This document shows positions 21,262 through 33,163 of a stretch of 64,000 nucleotides of DNA, piece after piece (position 1 is the stretch's first letter; each line of letters begins with the position of its first letter). A program made the position numbers and the translations under genes. This DNA comes from Mustelus asterias. Lineage: Eukaryota. The DNA is taken from assembly GCF_964213995.1 (NCBI RefSeq), contig NW_027590418.1, positions 248,001 to 312,000 of the forward strand. The letters run 5' to 3'. The notes under the pieces are model-generated. The model saw nothing but the letters and a program-made list of their open reading frames with translations, made no database searches and was not told the DNA's origin.

Positions 21262-24156
21262 TGCCGCGATCATCCAGAAATTGGAGCCTGTGCAGAGAGC
21301 TGGACTTTTAATCACTCTCTCCCTTGGATACGCGCCACAGTCACCCGATCAGTGAGACCTGTTGCCGATTTGGGTTTACTCTTTAAAATCAAAAAAGAAC
21401 GGATAAAATACATTTAAATTGGGTTATTTTCTGTGGAAATGTCATCCGGGCAGCGCATGTTCCATGGTGCTTCCAAATTGGAATAATCGTGGTATTCCGT
21501 GAGTCAATATTAAAAGGATCCTTGTCTATTTCCTGTGATAAATCCCATTCCAGTCTGTGACACATTCTAAGTTCGGCTGCAGGGACGAGTGACAGACATT
21601 GAGTTTCCCAGACTCCATCGGAGTTGAAAGCTCTGGAAGACCAGTCAGGAGTGCTAAGGGACAGTCACTCCATATCTGAAAGCTTTCTGTGCCTATCTAG
21701 ACAGAGCAGTATTCCGGGTAAGTTATGGGATATTTAATGAAGTGGTAGAGGGCCAGACATTGAGAGAGGTCCCAAGGTCTCTCAGACCGGTTCGCTGTTC
21801 ATTTGAACGAACAAAGGCAGCAATGAACCTGTTCGATAAATAAACGACCAAGTCATCCCATTTTCACAGAAAAGTGGACAGGGATCGATAAATGTTATTC
21901 ATTGCATTGATATTTGTTACCATCTGGAGTAGAGCGCCGCAAACTATAAAGGAAGAGCATTCAATAGTAAATTTCAAAAAGGCATTGTCAGACCTTGAGA
22001 ACGGAAAATAACACGTGGAATGGGGGGTGAGAAGAGCAATTGGGAAAGGTCTTTCATAGAGCCACAGGGAGAGTCAATTGTTTCTGATCCATTCGCGCCC
22101 GTCCGTCACTATTTTTTCTCAGTCACTTGAGCAGTGAGCAGATGCAGGTTGTCACAGACTGCTGCAGGTTCAGCTGTCGCTGTTTCCTCTCCATCACCTG
22201 CGACTGCCGCTGAGAACTCCGCACTTCCATCAGCTTTGAGTCTGCGGTGACCCCGGCCACAGCTTCCGGTTGCTGCTATTCATTCCAACACCATTGTGCT
22301 TTTCGAGACATTGCTGCCGCTGGTCGATTTCTGTCATTGGTTAGATCAGAAGTTCAGTGCTTCAGTCTATTCATTAGTGTAGCAAGTAAGCTTATATTAA
22401 CACTGCAGTGAAGTTACTGTGGAAATCCCCTCGTCGCCACACTCCGGCGCCTGTTCGGGTACACTGAGGGAGAGTTTAGCATGGCTGATTAGCGACTGAT
22501 TCAGGAAGTGGTGCGTGGTACTGTCGGATAATACAGCCTTTTTAACGAGGTGAGTCTGTGTTGAAATTATTATTGAGCAATCCAAGTATTCATAACTACA
22601 GCAGACTTTGACACATCCAATGTTTGGTTCTAGGAATTGCTGGCGCAATCTCAGTTAACGGCCCTGGAAGATGATATAACAGTAATTTTTGGCTACACGA
22701 TCTCTACATCTGAGAGCTTTCATTACCGCTGCTCTGAAGTAGATTTGGAGGTTAACTGCATGCATTGCGCCATAAAGATATGTCTCATCATTTCGCAATC
22801 TGTTCCTCTGGTGACCTAGACAAGATGTAGAGATTCCGGCGTTGGACTGGGGTAAACAAAGTAAGAAGTCTCACAACACCAGGTTAAAGTCCAACAGGTT
22901 TATTTGGTAGCAAAAACCACGAGCTTTCGGAGCGCTGCCCCTTCGTCAGGTGAGTGGGAGTTCTGATCACAAACAGTGCACAAAGACACAAACTCAATTT
23001 ACATGAATAATGATTGGAATGTGAGTCTTTACAGCTAATCAAGTCTTAAAGGTACAGACAATGTGAGTGGAGGGAGCATTAAGCACAGGTTAAACAGATG
23101 TGTATTGTCTCCAGACAGGACAGCTAGTGAGATTTTGCACAGGTTTTGCCACACTCTCTGACAGAGATTTTGCATCGAGAGACAGAGGGAGAGTGTGTGC
23201 GTGTGTCCCTGTGTGTGAGAGAGTTCAAAGTAACCTTCAAATACCTGGACTCCGCAATCTCTTTATTCCTGGATCAGTGTGGCAACCCTGTCTGACAGAG
23301 AATTAAACATTCCCACTGTTTTCTGTGTTAATAAAGTTTCTAACATCACCACAGCGCGACACTGGAAATGAGCTTCCTTGGGTTAGAAAGCGCTTTCGGA
23401 CATCTGAAGTCTGTAAAAGGCATCAATAAAAATCTTTCTTTCTGTTTTCGACTGAAATTTCTTTCTGGAGATTAAATTCATTGTCCTCTTGTTTCCACGG
23501 CCAGAAAAGTTTATTTTTAATTTCATTTTTAAAATTTAAATCCGTTTCTTTCCCGGATTGGGTTAATGAGTGGTCACCACCTCCTAGCATTTCCCGGATT
23601 CTGTCTCCAGTCGGTTCAGAGATTCTTTCCGCTCCAGAGGACACAGGCAGTCTGGCAGGAATAAGAATCCGGGAACTTACCGAGGAGACAGTGCAGTGCT
23701 CAGGGAACGCTGCACAGTCAGAGCTGCCAGCCTCTCGGTGACCTGTTCAATCGGGGGCACCGTGTTCCCTCTCAGCTGGAGGTGGTACATCACATGGTCA
23801 CACTTTCCAAGAAGAGCAGAGAAATGTCCTGTTTGATATCTGTTCACCAATCACAATGACTGAAACAGACAGAACACTACAATGTTACTGAATGAAATGT
23901 CACACTGAGTCCAAATTGGCTGCTGTGTTTTCTACAGTGACAGGGAAACACTTTGGGACATCAAACTGTACAAATAGTCAAATGTTCATTCTCTAAGTTG
24001 CCCTCATTGTTTTAGTTTGGTAATATATTTATAAATAATACATATATATATTAGAATTAAAAGTTTGAGATACCAGCACGATTTCAGGTTCCAGATCAGA
24101 CTCACTCTGATCACAATGTTTTCCTAATGCTCTGTTGTGTTGCGTGGGGCTCTGAC

Positions 24157-24195
24157 AGTTTTTGTACAGGTTCATCCCAGCTCTGTGTCTCTGTG
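24157..24195 (-). other. 23-RSS of V9
   Basis: CACAGAG - 23 nt - ACAAAAACT. Confidence 0.92.
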
Positions 24196-25080
24196 GGACT
24201 CAGTGCGCAGTAATAAACCCCGGAGTCTGCCAGCTCTGTTTTAGACACATTCAGCGGGACTGTGCGGGTTGTATCATTGAGTTCTGCTGAAAAACGGTCC
24301 CCTTTGGATCTCCCTGCGTTCCCGGTGTATTTATTTGTCTGCAGCAGATATTCCATGGATCCACTGGGATACTGACGGTACCAGTAAAGATAAAAGCTGT
24401 TGCTTGTAGTTGTGTAATTACAGAGCAACCGAACATCATCTCCTTCAGTGACGGTGACTGCAGCCGCTGTCTGTGAAACAGAATCTCCTCGGGAATGTCC
24501 TGTAAGAATCCAAAGAAATATTAAATTAAACATTGTGACTTTACTCCGATTCCCCCAGAATTTGCCTGTTATCGACAAAAATAATCTGAGAGAGAAATCA
24601 GAGAGCAAAACAGAAACATATTTCTCACAGTTCAGTGGCTGGATTGGGAAGTTTTTGTGGCGATGAAATAAAACTTCCACCATAAACATTCTGCTCTTTC
24701 TAACGAGATCAGTTCCTCGACTTCAGTCCCTGTAACTGCAAACTGCTCACGGTCTGTTTGAAGTGTGATGTTTGCCAAAGTGGTTCACTGGTATCAGAGG
24801 AGCTGGAATCTGAGCCCAACTCATTCTCTATCAATCCCTGGGGGAAATGTGCCCAATCCCAACAGTGTTCAGTGATGAGACCAGCGAAATCCAGATAACT
24901 TTTCGATGTTGAGATCAATCCATTCCCTCATCACCGACCCCCTCCCCCTCGCATTGAAGGAACTGCCTGACAGAATATAGTGTGTGGTAATGATGTGTAA
25001 CACAGACTTGAGCAACTTGTGAAATTACCGGTTAACAGAGCTGCCGCTGTGAGGAATAAATACCGAGTAACAGGAGACAT
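24196..25080 (-). CDS. TRAV: V9: TCR alpha/delta-type V segment, family E (leader 25029-25080, V exon 24196-24499)
   Basis: Leader MSPVTRYLFLTAAALLT with GT donor; V exon ends DSGVYYCALSP. Confidence 0.92.
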
Positions 25081-25340
25081 GTTTGCAGAGAGCTCGGGGC
25101 GGATCTGACCAGAGCGGGTGGGAGATGTCATTGTTTCAGTCAAGAGTTGAAAGAGGCGGAGTCACACCCGGGTCCCTGTGGATTGGTTCACTGCTGGAAA
25201 CATCAGATGACATCCAATCGGATTCAAGCTCCTTTGTTCTTCAGTTCAACCAATGGTCTCACAGCTCCTTTATCTCCAATTCACCCCATAGGCGGAGAGA
25301 CGGAAGGAACAAAGTGAAGTTGGCCATCCCACGACAGGGG

Positions 25341-25570
25341 ATTATTTTCCTCTTCAACAGTTATTCCATGAACCGACCGGTCCCCTGAGTGTTGATGGGT
25401 CTGTTCTGACATGGAGAATGACAATGTTCATCCCTACAGCAACATGTCAAGCAGTTTGTTATCAATCGTGTTTGGGATAGCAGCTACGGTGCGGGGGAGG
25501 ATGAATTTTTAGTTGAAACATGTACTTCACAAGAAGTGATAGAATAATGAATAGTCTGTGATATTTCCAT
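25341..25570 (-). pseudogene. Decayed family-F V pseudogene (paralog of 15404-15633)
   Basis: Remnant ..HGITVEEENN versus V7 PGIKVKEEND; leader and CCAAT promoter homology. Confidence 0.7.
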
Positions 25571-26552
25571 ACGATCTTCCCTCAATTTGTAACTTTGCCG
25601 CGTGTGAAATCCTCTTTCAGAGAGAAAGTATAGCTTGCCACCCCATTGGACTGCTGATCCAATCGGTGCCAAACAGGGAAAAGCAGCAAAGGTCAATATC
25701 TACAATAAAATCTCTAATAAAACAACACAGATGAGGCAGGTCAGAGTGAGAACAACACAGGAAAGCTGTGGGTGTGGCTGCCATAGGCAGTGTGGTGAGA
25801 GGTAGAATTTATCTGCAAGGAATTGAACTCAATAACACTATCGCATTGGAAATCATATAAATTTGCCTGTCTGTAGGAGCGGCAGCTGAATGTTCATTCC
25901 ATAGCGCGGACCAGCAGTCTCGCACCAGGAAGGTCAGGGTTAGTAAATGATCCAATACAAAGCGGAATCTTCATCAGTGATGGAGATGGACAGTGGGACC
26001 GAATAGCTGAGTAGCTGGATTGGAGAGGTTCTCAGTGTGCTTGTGAGGAAAATCACTACATTGTTAGGGCCAGGGGTGGGAATGAAGTAGCTGGTCTGAT
26101 TATTGTAACAGAGGAACACTGAGTTGCGAATTGTGTCAGAAAACATTTGACAGACATTCAAAATGAGAATGAACATTGATGGCAACTTGTTCTCAGTGAT
26201 TGTTTTAAATAGCACAATGACAACCTTGCGAAATGTATATGCCAATATAAGCTGTCCCTTAGGCAGCAAAATACTCTCATCATATAGACCCTTTGGTCAA
26301 AGAGACCTTGAAAAGGAGAGTGAAGATGGGGAAAGTGCTGCACAATAATTCACACAGGCAAGAAAATGTCATCAAAGGTTGAAGCGTGAGTTAAGGAACT
26401 GTAAATGTATTTTTAGTATAGTTGCAAGTTAAAAATTCAACTGTGGCTCAGCCGTTCGTGTTGAGTGTTGTGTTTTGTTTTGATATTTTGTTTATGACCC
26501 TGTGACTATCACTGTCGAGACAAAATAATTATTTCTGTTTATCAGTGTGGGA

Positions 26553-26566
26553 GCGCCCTCTGCTGA
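26553..26566 (-). promoter_or_regulatory. RSS-proximal CTCF-like site (V10)
   Basis: TCAGCAGAGGGCGC, 25 bp past the nonamer. Confidence 0.65.
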
Positions 26567-26591
26567 TCACTAACCGGAACTCCCAGTCTGG

Positions 26592-26629
26592 GGTTTTTGT
26601 GCGGGGTTCGCTACATCTGTACCAGTGTG
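26592..26629 (-). other. RSS of V10 (22-nt spacer)
   Basis: CACACTG - 22 nt - ACAAAAACC. Confidence 0.9.
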
Positions 26630-27172
26630 GGCTTCATGGCACAGAAATACACGGCGTTGTCGGACAGAACAGCTCTGGCGATATTTAAAGGAACAGTATT
26701 GTTTCCTTTGTGTAAAGCAGCCGAGAATCTATCTGAGAAATCCGGAGACTTATCGGTATTGCCCGAGCTATATATCTTCATCAAATATCTCAGAGATTGC
26801 CCGGGATACTGGATGTACCAGAACATAGTTTCAGAAGTAGCTGTTGAGTATTTACAGTCCAGTGTCATGTTCTGTCCTTCCAGAACCGATAATTCAGATC
26901 GATCTTGAAACACTGAATCTTCAGCCTTTGCCCCTGTAACAAAACACAGAAGTTATTCAATATCTGGGAGGGAAGAGAGCCCATGGGACAGACACTGATC
27001 ATTTAAACATTGACTCAAAAAAAGAAAATGCTCGAAATTTTCAGTAGATCTGACAACATCTGTGAGAGGCGAACAGAGATAATGTTTCAAGTCAGGATGA
27101 CACTTTGTCAGAGTTTATTGACTCACCGGGCAGCAAGACCATTATTATCAGCAAACAAAGTAAGGAGCACAT
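26630..27172 (-). CDS. TRAV: V10: TCR alpha/delta-type V segment, family A (leader 27127-27172, V exon 26630-26933)
   Basis: Leader MCSLLCLLIIMVLLP; V exon EDSVFQD..LDCKY..WYIQYP..DNAVYFCAMKP. Confidence 0.93.
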
Positions 27173-28024
27173 GGTGTCTGGTTTCGGGTTCGGCAGAAAT
27201 GAAGCAGTATTTGAAATGTGTTGACATTTCTGTTCTGATATTCAAGCGGAAATTCACATCAGCGGAAACGTAATTTACTCAGAAATTATGGGGCGTTTCC
27301 CAGCGACAGGATTGGCCGCTTTCTCAGGATTGATGATCGTCGGGCATCAATCAGCGTTCGCTCGACTAATAAGTTCTGAGTTTCTCTTTCTCCCTGTCTT
27401 TCTCAGATTCCCCTGCTCTCTCTTCGTTTGGAGCCTGTCTATCTCGCTCTGTCATTCCGCCTCTGTTTGTCTAACCCCCATTGCTCTGCTTCTGACCGTC
27501 TCTGTCTTCGCACTGGCTCTACGCTCTTATCTTTCTCCCCTTCTCCCTAGAGTTCAGAGTTCAGACAATCCGATTTCCCTCACTCTCCTATTTCAATGAA
27601 TCCACTAAGTTACTCATTCTTTTGGTGCAACAAATGTAGAAAACGTTAATAACCAGAAGTTGCGAGGTAAATTATGATGGAAATATTTAAATGTAAATAA
27701 CTAAAGAATATAGGAAATGAATGTGAATCCAGGGTCATATTTACATCTTGTGTTGTCATTTTAGGAAAGGCATCTTATCGGAATCTTGAGGGCTTCATAT
27801 TGTTTAGAATGAGTTTTATAACCACTATTAATTGAATAAAGCGAATCGCCAGCAATTAAAATAACGATGTTATTATCTCTCATGTATACGTTCAACTGTG
27901 TTCAATTGCATTGGAATAGTAAAAGGATGAACAAGAATAATGCAACATAATCACCAGTAGTAACGACCTTCTGTAATTTGAGAATTCGATGATTTTGCAG
28001 GAAATGACCAGTTACCTCAGATTG

Positions 28025-28040
28025 CCGCCAGATGGCGGTG
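28025..28040 (+). promoter_or_regulatory. CTCF-binding-motif-like site
   Basis: CCGCCAGATGGCGGTG. Confidence 0.55.
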
Positions 28041-28284
28041 CCTCACCATGTTTGTGTGTTTACTGCAGCGGGTCCGGGAAGCTTTACTCGGCGGTTCTGC
28101 TGCTGGTCTGGTTTCCTCGGGCGTCCAGAAGCTCTCGGAAATAATCCTGTCGGTATCATGTACTATGTTATATTATGTTGTGTTAAGGAATGAAGGTAAA
28201 GGAATGGAAAGACAGTGGGTGAACTCGAGGCCGAGGCCGTGATAGAAGTCAAGGCACAGATTAGGAGGAACAGATGGAGAAATC

Positions 28285-28465
28285 AGAGAAACCCTACAGT
28301 GCAGAAGGAGGCCATTCGGCCCATCGAGTCTGTACCGACCACAATCCCACCCAGGCTCTACCCCCATATCCCTACACATTTACCCGCTAATCCCTCTAAC
28401 CTACACATCTCAGGACACTAAGGGCATTTTTTAGCACGGCCAATCAACCTGACCCGCACATCTTT
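28285..28465 (-). mobile_element. HE1-like SINE 3' half
   Basis: AGAAGGAGGCCATTCGGCCCATCGAGTCTG.. tail sequence. Confidence 0.85.
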
Positions 28466-29099
28466 GTTCTCTCTTTATGCTTTCGTCTGTACTGTCTCCA
28501 TAAATCTGCAACTGCTCCCTTCACAGTTCCTTCACCGAACCTTCATCTATTTCCCTTCCTGTCTCCGTCTCTCCCTCATTTATCTTACTGTCTGTCCCTC
28601 TATTTATCTCCTTGCCTCTCGCACATTTCTCTCATTCCCTTTCCTCGTGTTTATATCCCTGTAACTCCATCTGTTCCTCCTAATCTGTGCCTTGACTTCT
28701 ATCACGGTCTCGAATTCACCCACTGTCTTTCCATTCGTCTAGTTGGACCAATGAGCGGCACAGGCTTGGAGGGCCGAAGGGCCTGTTTCCTGTGCTGTAC
28801 TGTTCTGTGTTCTTTGTTCTTTGTTTATCTTCATTCCTCAGCTTGAAGATTTCTGTGTTGCTGCATTTATTCCCCTCACGGGATCAACATCTAAATCCAC
28901 TGTTGTACAAATCGTGTATTGTTTTATTTACAATCGCAACCCCCTGAAATCTACCGTGGAGGATAAAGAGTTCAGCGTCACCAGGTCACGCACAATGAGA
29001 TTAGTGTTCTTGAGAAACCGTCACAAAAAATAAATAACATTCAATCTGAGCGTGTGAGGCCGATCAAATAAAACCGCAGACAGCTGAGGACTTTGGATC

Positions 29100-29330
29100 T
29101 GCATTCGATGGAGTTTAGAGAGATGAAGGGGGAATCTCATTGAAAAATACTTGGTTTGTTCTCACTGGATCGACGGAGGTTTGAAGGGAGACCTGATAGA
29201 AGTCTACAAGATTATGAGGGGCACGGACAGAGTGGATGGTCAGAAGCTTTTTCCCAGGGTGGAAGAGCCAATTACTAGGGGGCATAGGTTTAAGGTGTGA
29301 GGGGCGAGGTTTAAAGGAGATGTACGAGGC
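29100..29330 (+). mobile_element. CR1 fragment
   Basis: GGAGACCTGATAGAAGTCTACAAGATTATG..GGGCATAGGTTTAAGGTG. Confidence 0.85.
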
Positions 29331-29362
29331 AGGATTGCTGCAGCAACTGAAAACAGGCGTGA

Positions 29363-29401
29363 GGTTTTTGTACAGTGACTGGCGTCTTTCCTCTCAGTGT
29401 G
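29363..29401 (-). other. 23-RSS of V11
   Basis: CACACTG - 23 nt - ACAAAAACC. Confidence 0.95.
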
Positions 29402-29820
29402 GGCTGTATCGCACAGTAATACAGAGCGGCATCCGCGCTCTCCGTGTTTCCAATAACCAACTGGCCCCGTTTGCCCGCAGTGGAAAGTTCCAATTCGAAC
29501 CGGTCTTTTCTCTCTTTGCCATTCGAGAATCTTCTTATTATCCACTCGAGTCCCTGACCGGGTTTTTGTCTGTACCAATACATTCCATAAATGCTGGACA
29601 TATCATAACTGCAGTTTATCAGCACCGAATCCCCGCTCTGGACTGTTCTCGCTGTGGGAGTTTGTGAAACTTGGTCCGAACGACACCGATCTATGAAAAA
29701 ACATTCAGACAATGAGGCACTGGAGCAAAACGTTTTTAAATAAACAGTCTCTACAAGTGACCGAGTAAATTTCCTGCACTTACAAGTTAGTAGAATCAGA
29801 ATGAAAACGAACAGATCCAT
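29402..29820 (-). CDS. TRAV: V11: TCR alpha/delta-type V segment, family B (leader 29784-29820, V exon 29402-29690)
   Basis: Leader MDLFVFILILLT; V exon DQVSQTP..WYRQKPGQGLEWII..YYCAIQP; inverted paralog of V2. Confidence 0.93.
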
Positions 29821-30499
29821 TAATACAACAAAAATGTCAGAAGGGAACCGGAGCAGAACTCGCAGCAGAAAAGCACGGAGTGAATCAACAGCTTCAATCC
29901 GCCACTCATGGAGCACCAGATAAAGTTTCAGTTTTTTGCAGTCTGATTGGCTGGAATCAGACTCTGTTCTTCGGATGTCAGGATGTGGTTTGTTGATCCG
30001 CCGCCGCTTCTCTTTCGGGTCACTTATGAACAAGTCAGTTGTCAATAACCCAGCGCGCTTCTTTACTGCAGCTACTTTCATTGATAAAAGTGTTTAAAGT
30101 TTAACTGTTCATCAATGAAGGCATTGATTTCAAATTGAAATGATCAGTCATGCGAATTCTACTGAAGCTGCAATTCAAATATTCGTTTCAAATGTAACCA
30201 GGTCCTCCCGCCTCTCGGCTCTGGCTCCGTTTTCTCCAGGATTTCAACTGAAGCATCAACGATTTAGTTTGATGTCCCTCCCTCTTCAGGTGAAATCTTA
30301 ATTATATTATAATCATTCGTACCATGACAAGAGGAATATCCTGTTATCATCCCCAAACGTCCCATTTTATAATTTATACGCACGTGCTTCGCCAAACGGT
30401 GGCAACATTAAAATAGGGACAAGTGTCCAGATTTTTTTCACCTGCAAGAATCAAGATTGCTTTCAACAATTGCCGATTCTACATTCTACAAGAGTTTAT

Positions 30500-30842
30500 A
30501 GATCATAGAATCCCTACAGTACAGAACGAGGCCATTCGGCCCATCGAGTCTGCACCGACCACAATCCCACCCAGGCCCTACCCCCATATCCCTACATATT
30601 TTGCCCGCTAATCCCTCTAATCTACGCATCCCGGGACACTAAGGGGCAATTTTAACCTGGCCAATCAACCTATCCCGCACATCTTTGGACTGTGGGAGGA
30701 AACCGGAGCACCCGGAGGAAACCCACGCAGACACGAGGAGAATGTGCAAACTTCACACAGACAGTGACCCAAGCCAGGAATCGAACCCAGGTCCCTGGAG
30801 CTGTAAAGCAGCAGTGCTAACCACTGTGCTACCGTGCCGCCC
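30500..30842 (-). mobile_element. Full-length HE1-like V-SINE
   Basis: tRNA head, V-domain and CR1-like tail. Confidence 0.92.
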
Positions 30843-31339
30843 CACTTTTATACCACTTTCTGGCTTACCAGGAAAAACAGCAAGGACTATGTATAATTAG
30901 GTCCAATTTAAATATCTGGAAGATGTTGTCTGATATTTCTGCTTTGATTTGTAAACCAATAAATCTATGATTCTATGATTCTAAAACCGCAGACATCTTC
31001 GTTTAACGGTAACAAGGACTCTGTGAACAATCTTGGGTAAACGATTCGAAAGCGGGTAATGACTTTGGAATAAGGGCGGCGGCAATACACCAGAATAATG
31101 CCAGGGATGAGGAATTGCGATGCAGATGGACTATGCAAACTGCAATTCTTCTGGAGTTCTCTGCAAAGAGACAGGTCCGACCCATAGCGCGATGAACTGA
31201 ACCACGCGAAGGACAAGGAGGCGAGTTTGAAATACATCACAGCCCGAATTGGAATAGGGCTCTGTGCTCCTATAACAACCTGTCCTCCGTTCAAACCATT
31301 CCCTCGGAGCAGTCTGAGTTACAGCGGCAAAACTCTTAT

Positions 31340-31515
31340 AGAATAGAAACCCTACAGTGCAGAAGGAGGCCATTCGGCCCATCGAGTCTGCACCGACCAC
31401 AATCCCACCCAGGCCCTACCCCCACATATTTACCCGCTAATCCCTCTCACTTACGCATCTCAGGACTCTAAGGGGCAATTTTTAACCTGGCCAATCAACC
31501 TAACCCGCACATCTT
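31340..31515 (-). mobile_element. HE1-like SINE 3' half
   Basis: Same tail as the other copies. Confidence 0.85.
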
Positions 31516-32530
31516 CTTATGTACTCTGTTCACTTTTTTTCCATGTTATTGTCTGGAGTTGTGGATAGTAATGGCTGAGGCTCCAATAAATATCCTCAGC
31601 TATCAGGTACTGGCTTTCGAATTGAAGCCGATGTTTCTGCCTCAGAGGCACAGACGCGATCCACTGTGACACAGGAGTTCATCTCTTAATATCAAAGGAG
31701 GTAGAACAGAGACCGAACTGAGGTGCTCAACATCATGTGGTTTTGTTAAAGTAAATCGCATGTCACAGTTTCCGCCGGCAGAACTTTGGAAAACACAAGC
31801 GTCTACTTTAGGAGGGGAGAGGGCAATGGAAAGATTAGATTAATTGATTACTCTGCGATTTGTTAAACTTGGAAGGTGGTCATCGGATCCCGACAGTGCA
31901 AAAGGAGGCCATTCGGCCCATCAAGACTGCACCGACTCTTATCTAGGCCCTATCCCTGCGGTGTCGAAAGAGATGGCGGAAGAAGAGATAACAGTAAGTT
32001 TCAGAAGGGAATGGGAGATAAGTTGAAAGCAGAAAAGTGCAGTCACTGTGAGAGATGCGGGGTTTGAAAGCTGAATTGAAGAATTCTGTAATTCTGAATT
32101 CTCCACATCAATTCTGCATTCTGTCAGGCAAAGACACCATGGGCCGAGTGGCCTCATCTCCTGCATTGATACGCTATGTTTCTATTTTGTCCATGTCCCT
32201 GGCCCCGTTATGCCCCTCCCTCTCTATTTCTTCTCAGTCACTTGGACAGTGAGCAGGTGCAGAATGGTGACAGATTCCGGAGATGGAAGTCTCGCTATTT
32301 CTGTTCCGGGTGCAGCTGAATCTGCCGCACACTTCACTCAATATTTTGTCTCCTGCATCCCCGCCCACGACTTCCGTTTTCTGCTCTCACTCTGAACCTA
32401 TTGTGTGATTGGACGGATTGCTGCCGCTGCTCCATTCCTCTCATTGGTTGGATCAGCAGTGCAGTGGAACAGTGTCTTTCTGTCTCTGACAGGATTTCAC
32501 TCATTGCAGATTACAGACTCAGGAAGCATC

Positions 32531-33028
32531 ATGGTGAACTATCTCACTCCCATCCTCATCATTCTCTCACTTCTCAGTAAGCATTTTCTTCCCAGTAAAA
32601 CTACAAGCTCCTCCTGACTGCTGTAACCCAGATATTCTTGTTGATAAAACAATAGTGATGATGACAATTGTATCGTTTAATCTGAGGCTAACTCTGATTG
32701 TCATATTGCTGTTGTTTCTGTTAGAATGGAGCCACCAAGACGAAGTGGAACAATTGGATCCTGGAATAAAGGTTAAAGAGGAAAATGATGTCACACTAAC
32801 CTGCGCTTTGAAAACAAGCGATTCCAACCCTTATGTGTACTGGTACAGTCAGCAGCCCGGGAAAGCTCCGGTGTACATGTTTAAGCTTATTGGAGAGAAT
32901 GTGCAAAAGAATCCCGACCTCAATGATCGATTTTCTTCCAAATTTGATAAAAAGAACAAGACTAGTGAGCTGACAATCAGTAACACACTGATTTCCGACA
33001 GCGCCGTGTACTTCTGTGCCATGGAGCC
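32531..33028 (+). CDS. TRAV: V12: TCR alpha/delta-type V segment, family F (leader 32531-32576, V exon 32725-33028)
   Basis: Inverted paralog of V7; ends DSAVYFCAMEP. Confidence 0.92.
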
Positions 33029-33068
33029 CACACTGCTGCAGAGACATAGCCAATGCCGTGCAAAAACC
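33029..33068 (+). other. RSS of V12 (24-nt spacer)
   Basis: CACACTG - 24 nt - GCAAAAACC. Confidence 0.85.
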
Positions 33069-33114
33069 CCACACTGGCAGTTCCAGTTAGTGCCCAGCAG
33101 GGTGCGCGCTCTAA

Positions 33115-33120
33115 TTTATT
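33115..33120 (-). terminator. Putative polyadenylation signal of the GPCR gene
   Basis: AATAAA on the minus strand, ~45 nt after the stop codon. Confidence 0.55.
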
Positions 33121-33163
33121 AGCAAAACATCAGATAAATACATTGTCGTGATAGAATAGCTTA

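Noticed and set aside
24500-24689. In-frame upstream extension or intronic ATG (MFNLIFLWILTG) as the V9/V6 start
   Set aside because: A canonical leader exon with a GT donor exists at 25029-25080 (15090-15141 for V6), and the AG acceptor is conserved in both copies.
29821-30081. 256-aa ORF extending V11 upstream
   Set aside because: Chance open frame through promoter and intron; not conserved in paralog V2.
3526-33028. NAR-TCR, IgNAR or Ig cluster identity
   Set aside because: No extra FR1/CDR1 cysteines, no leaderless supporting V, no closely linked D/J, and no octamer in the V promoters.
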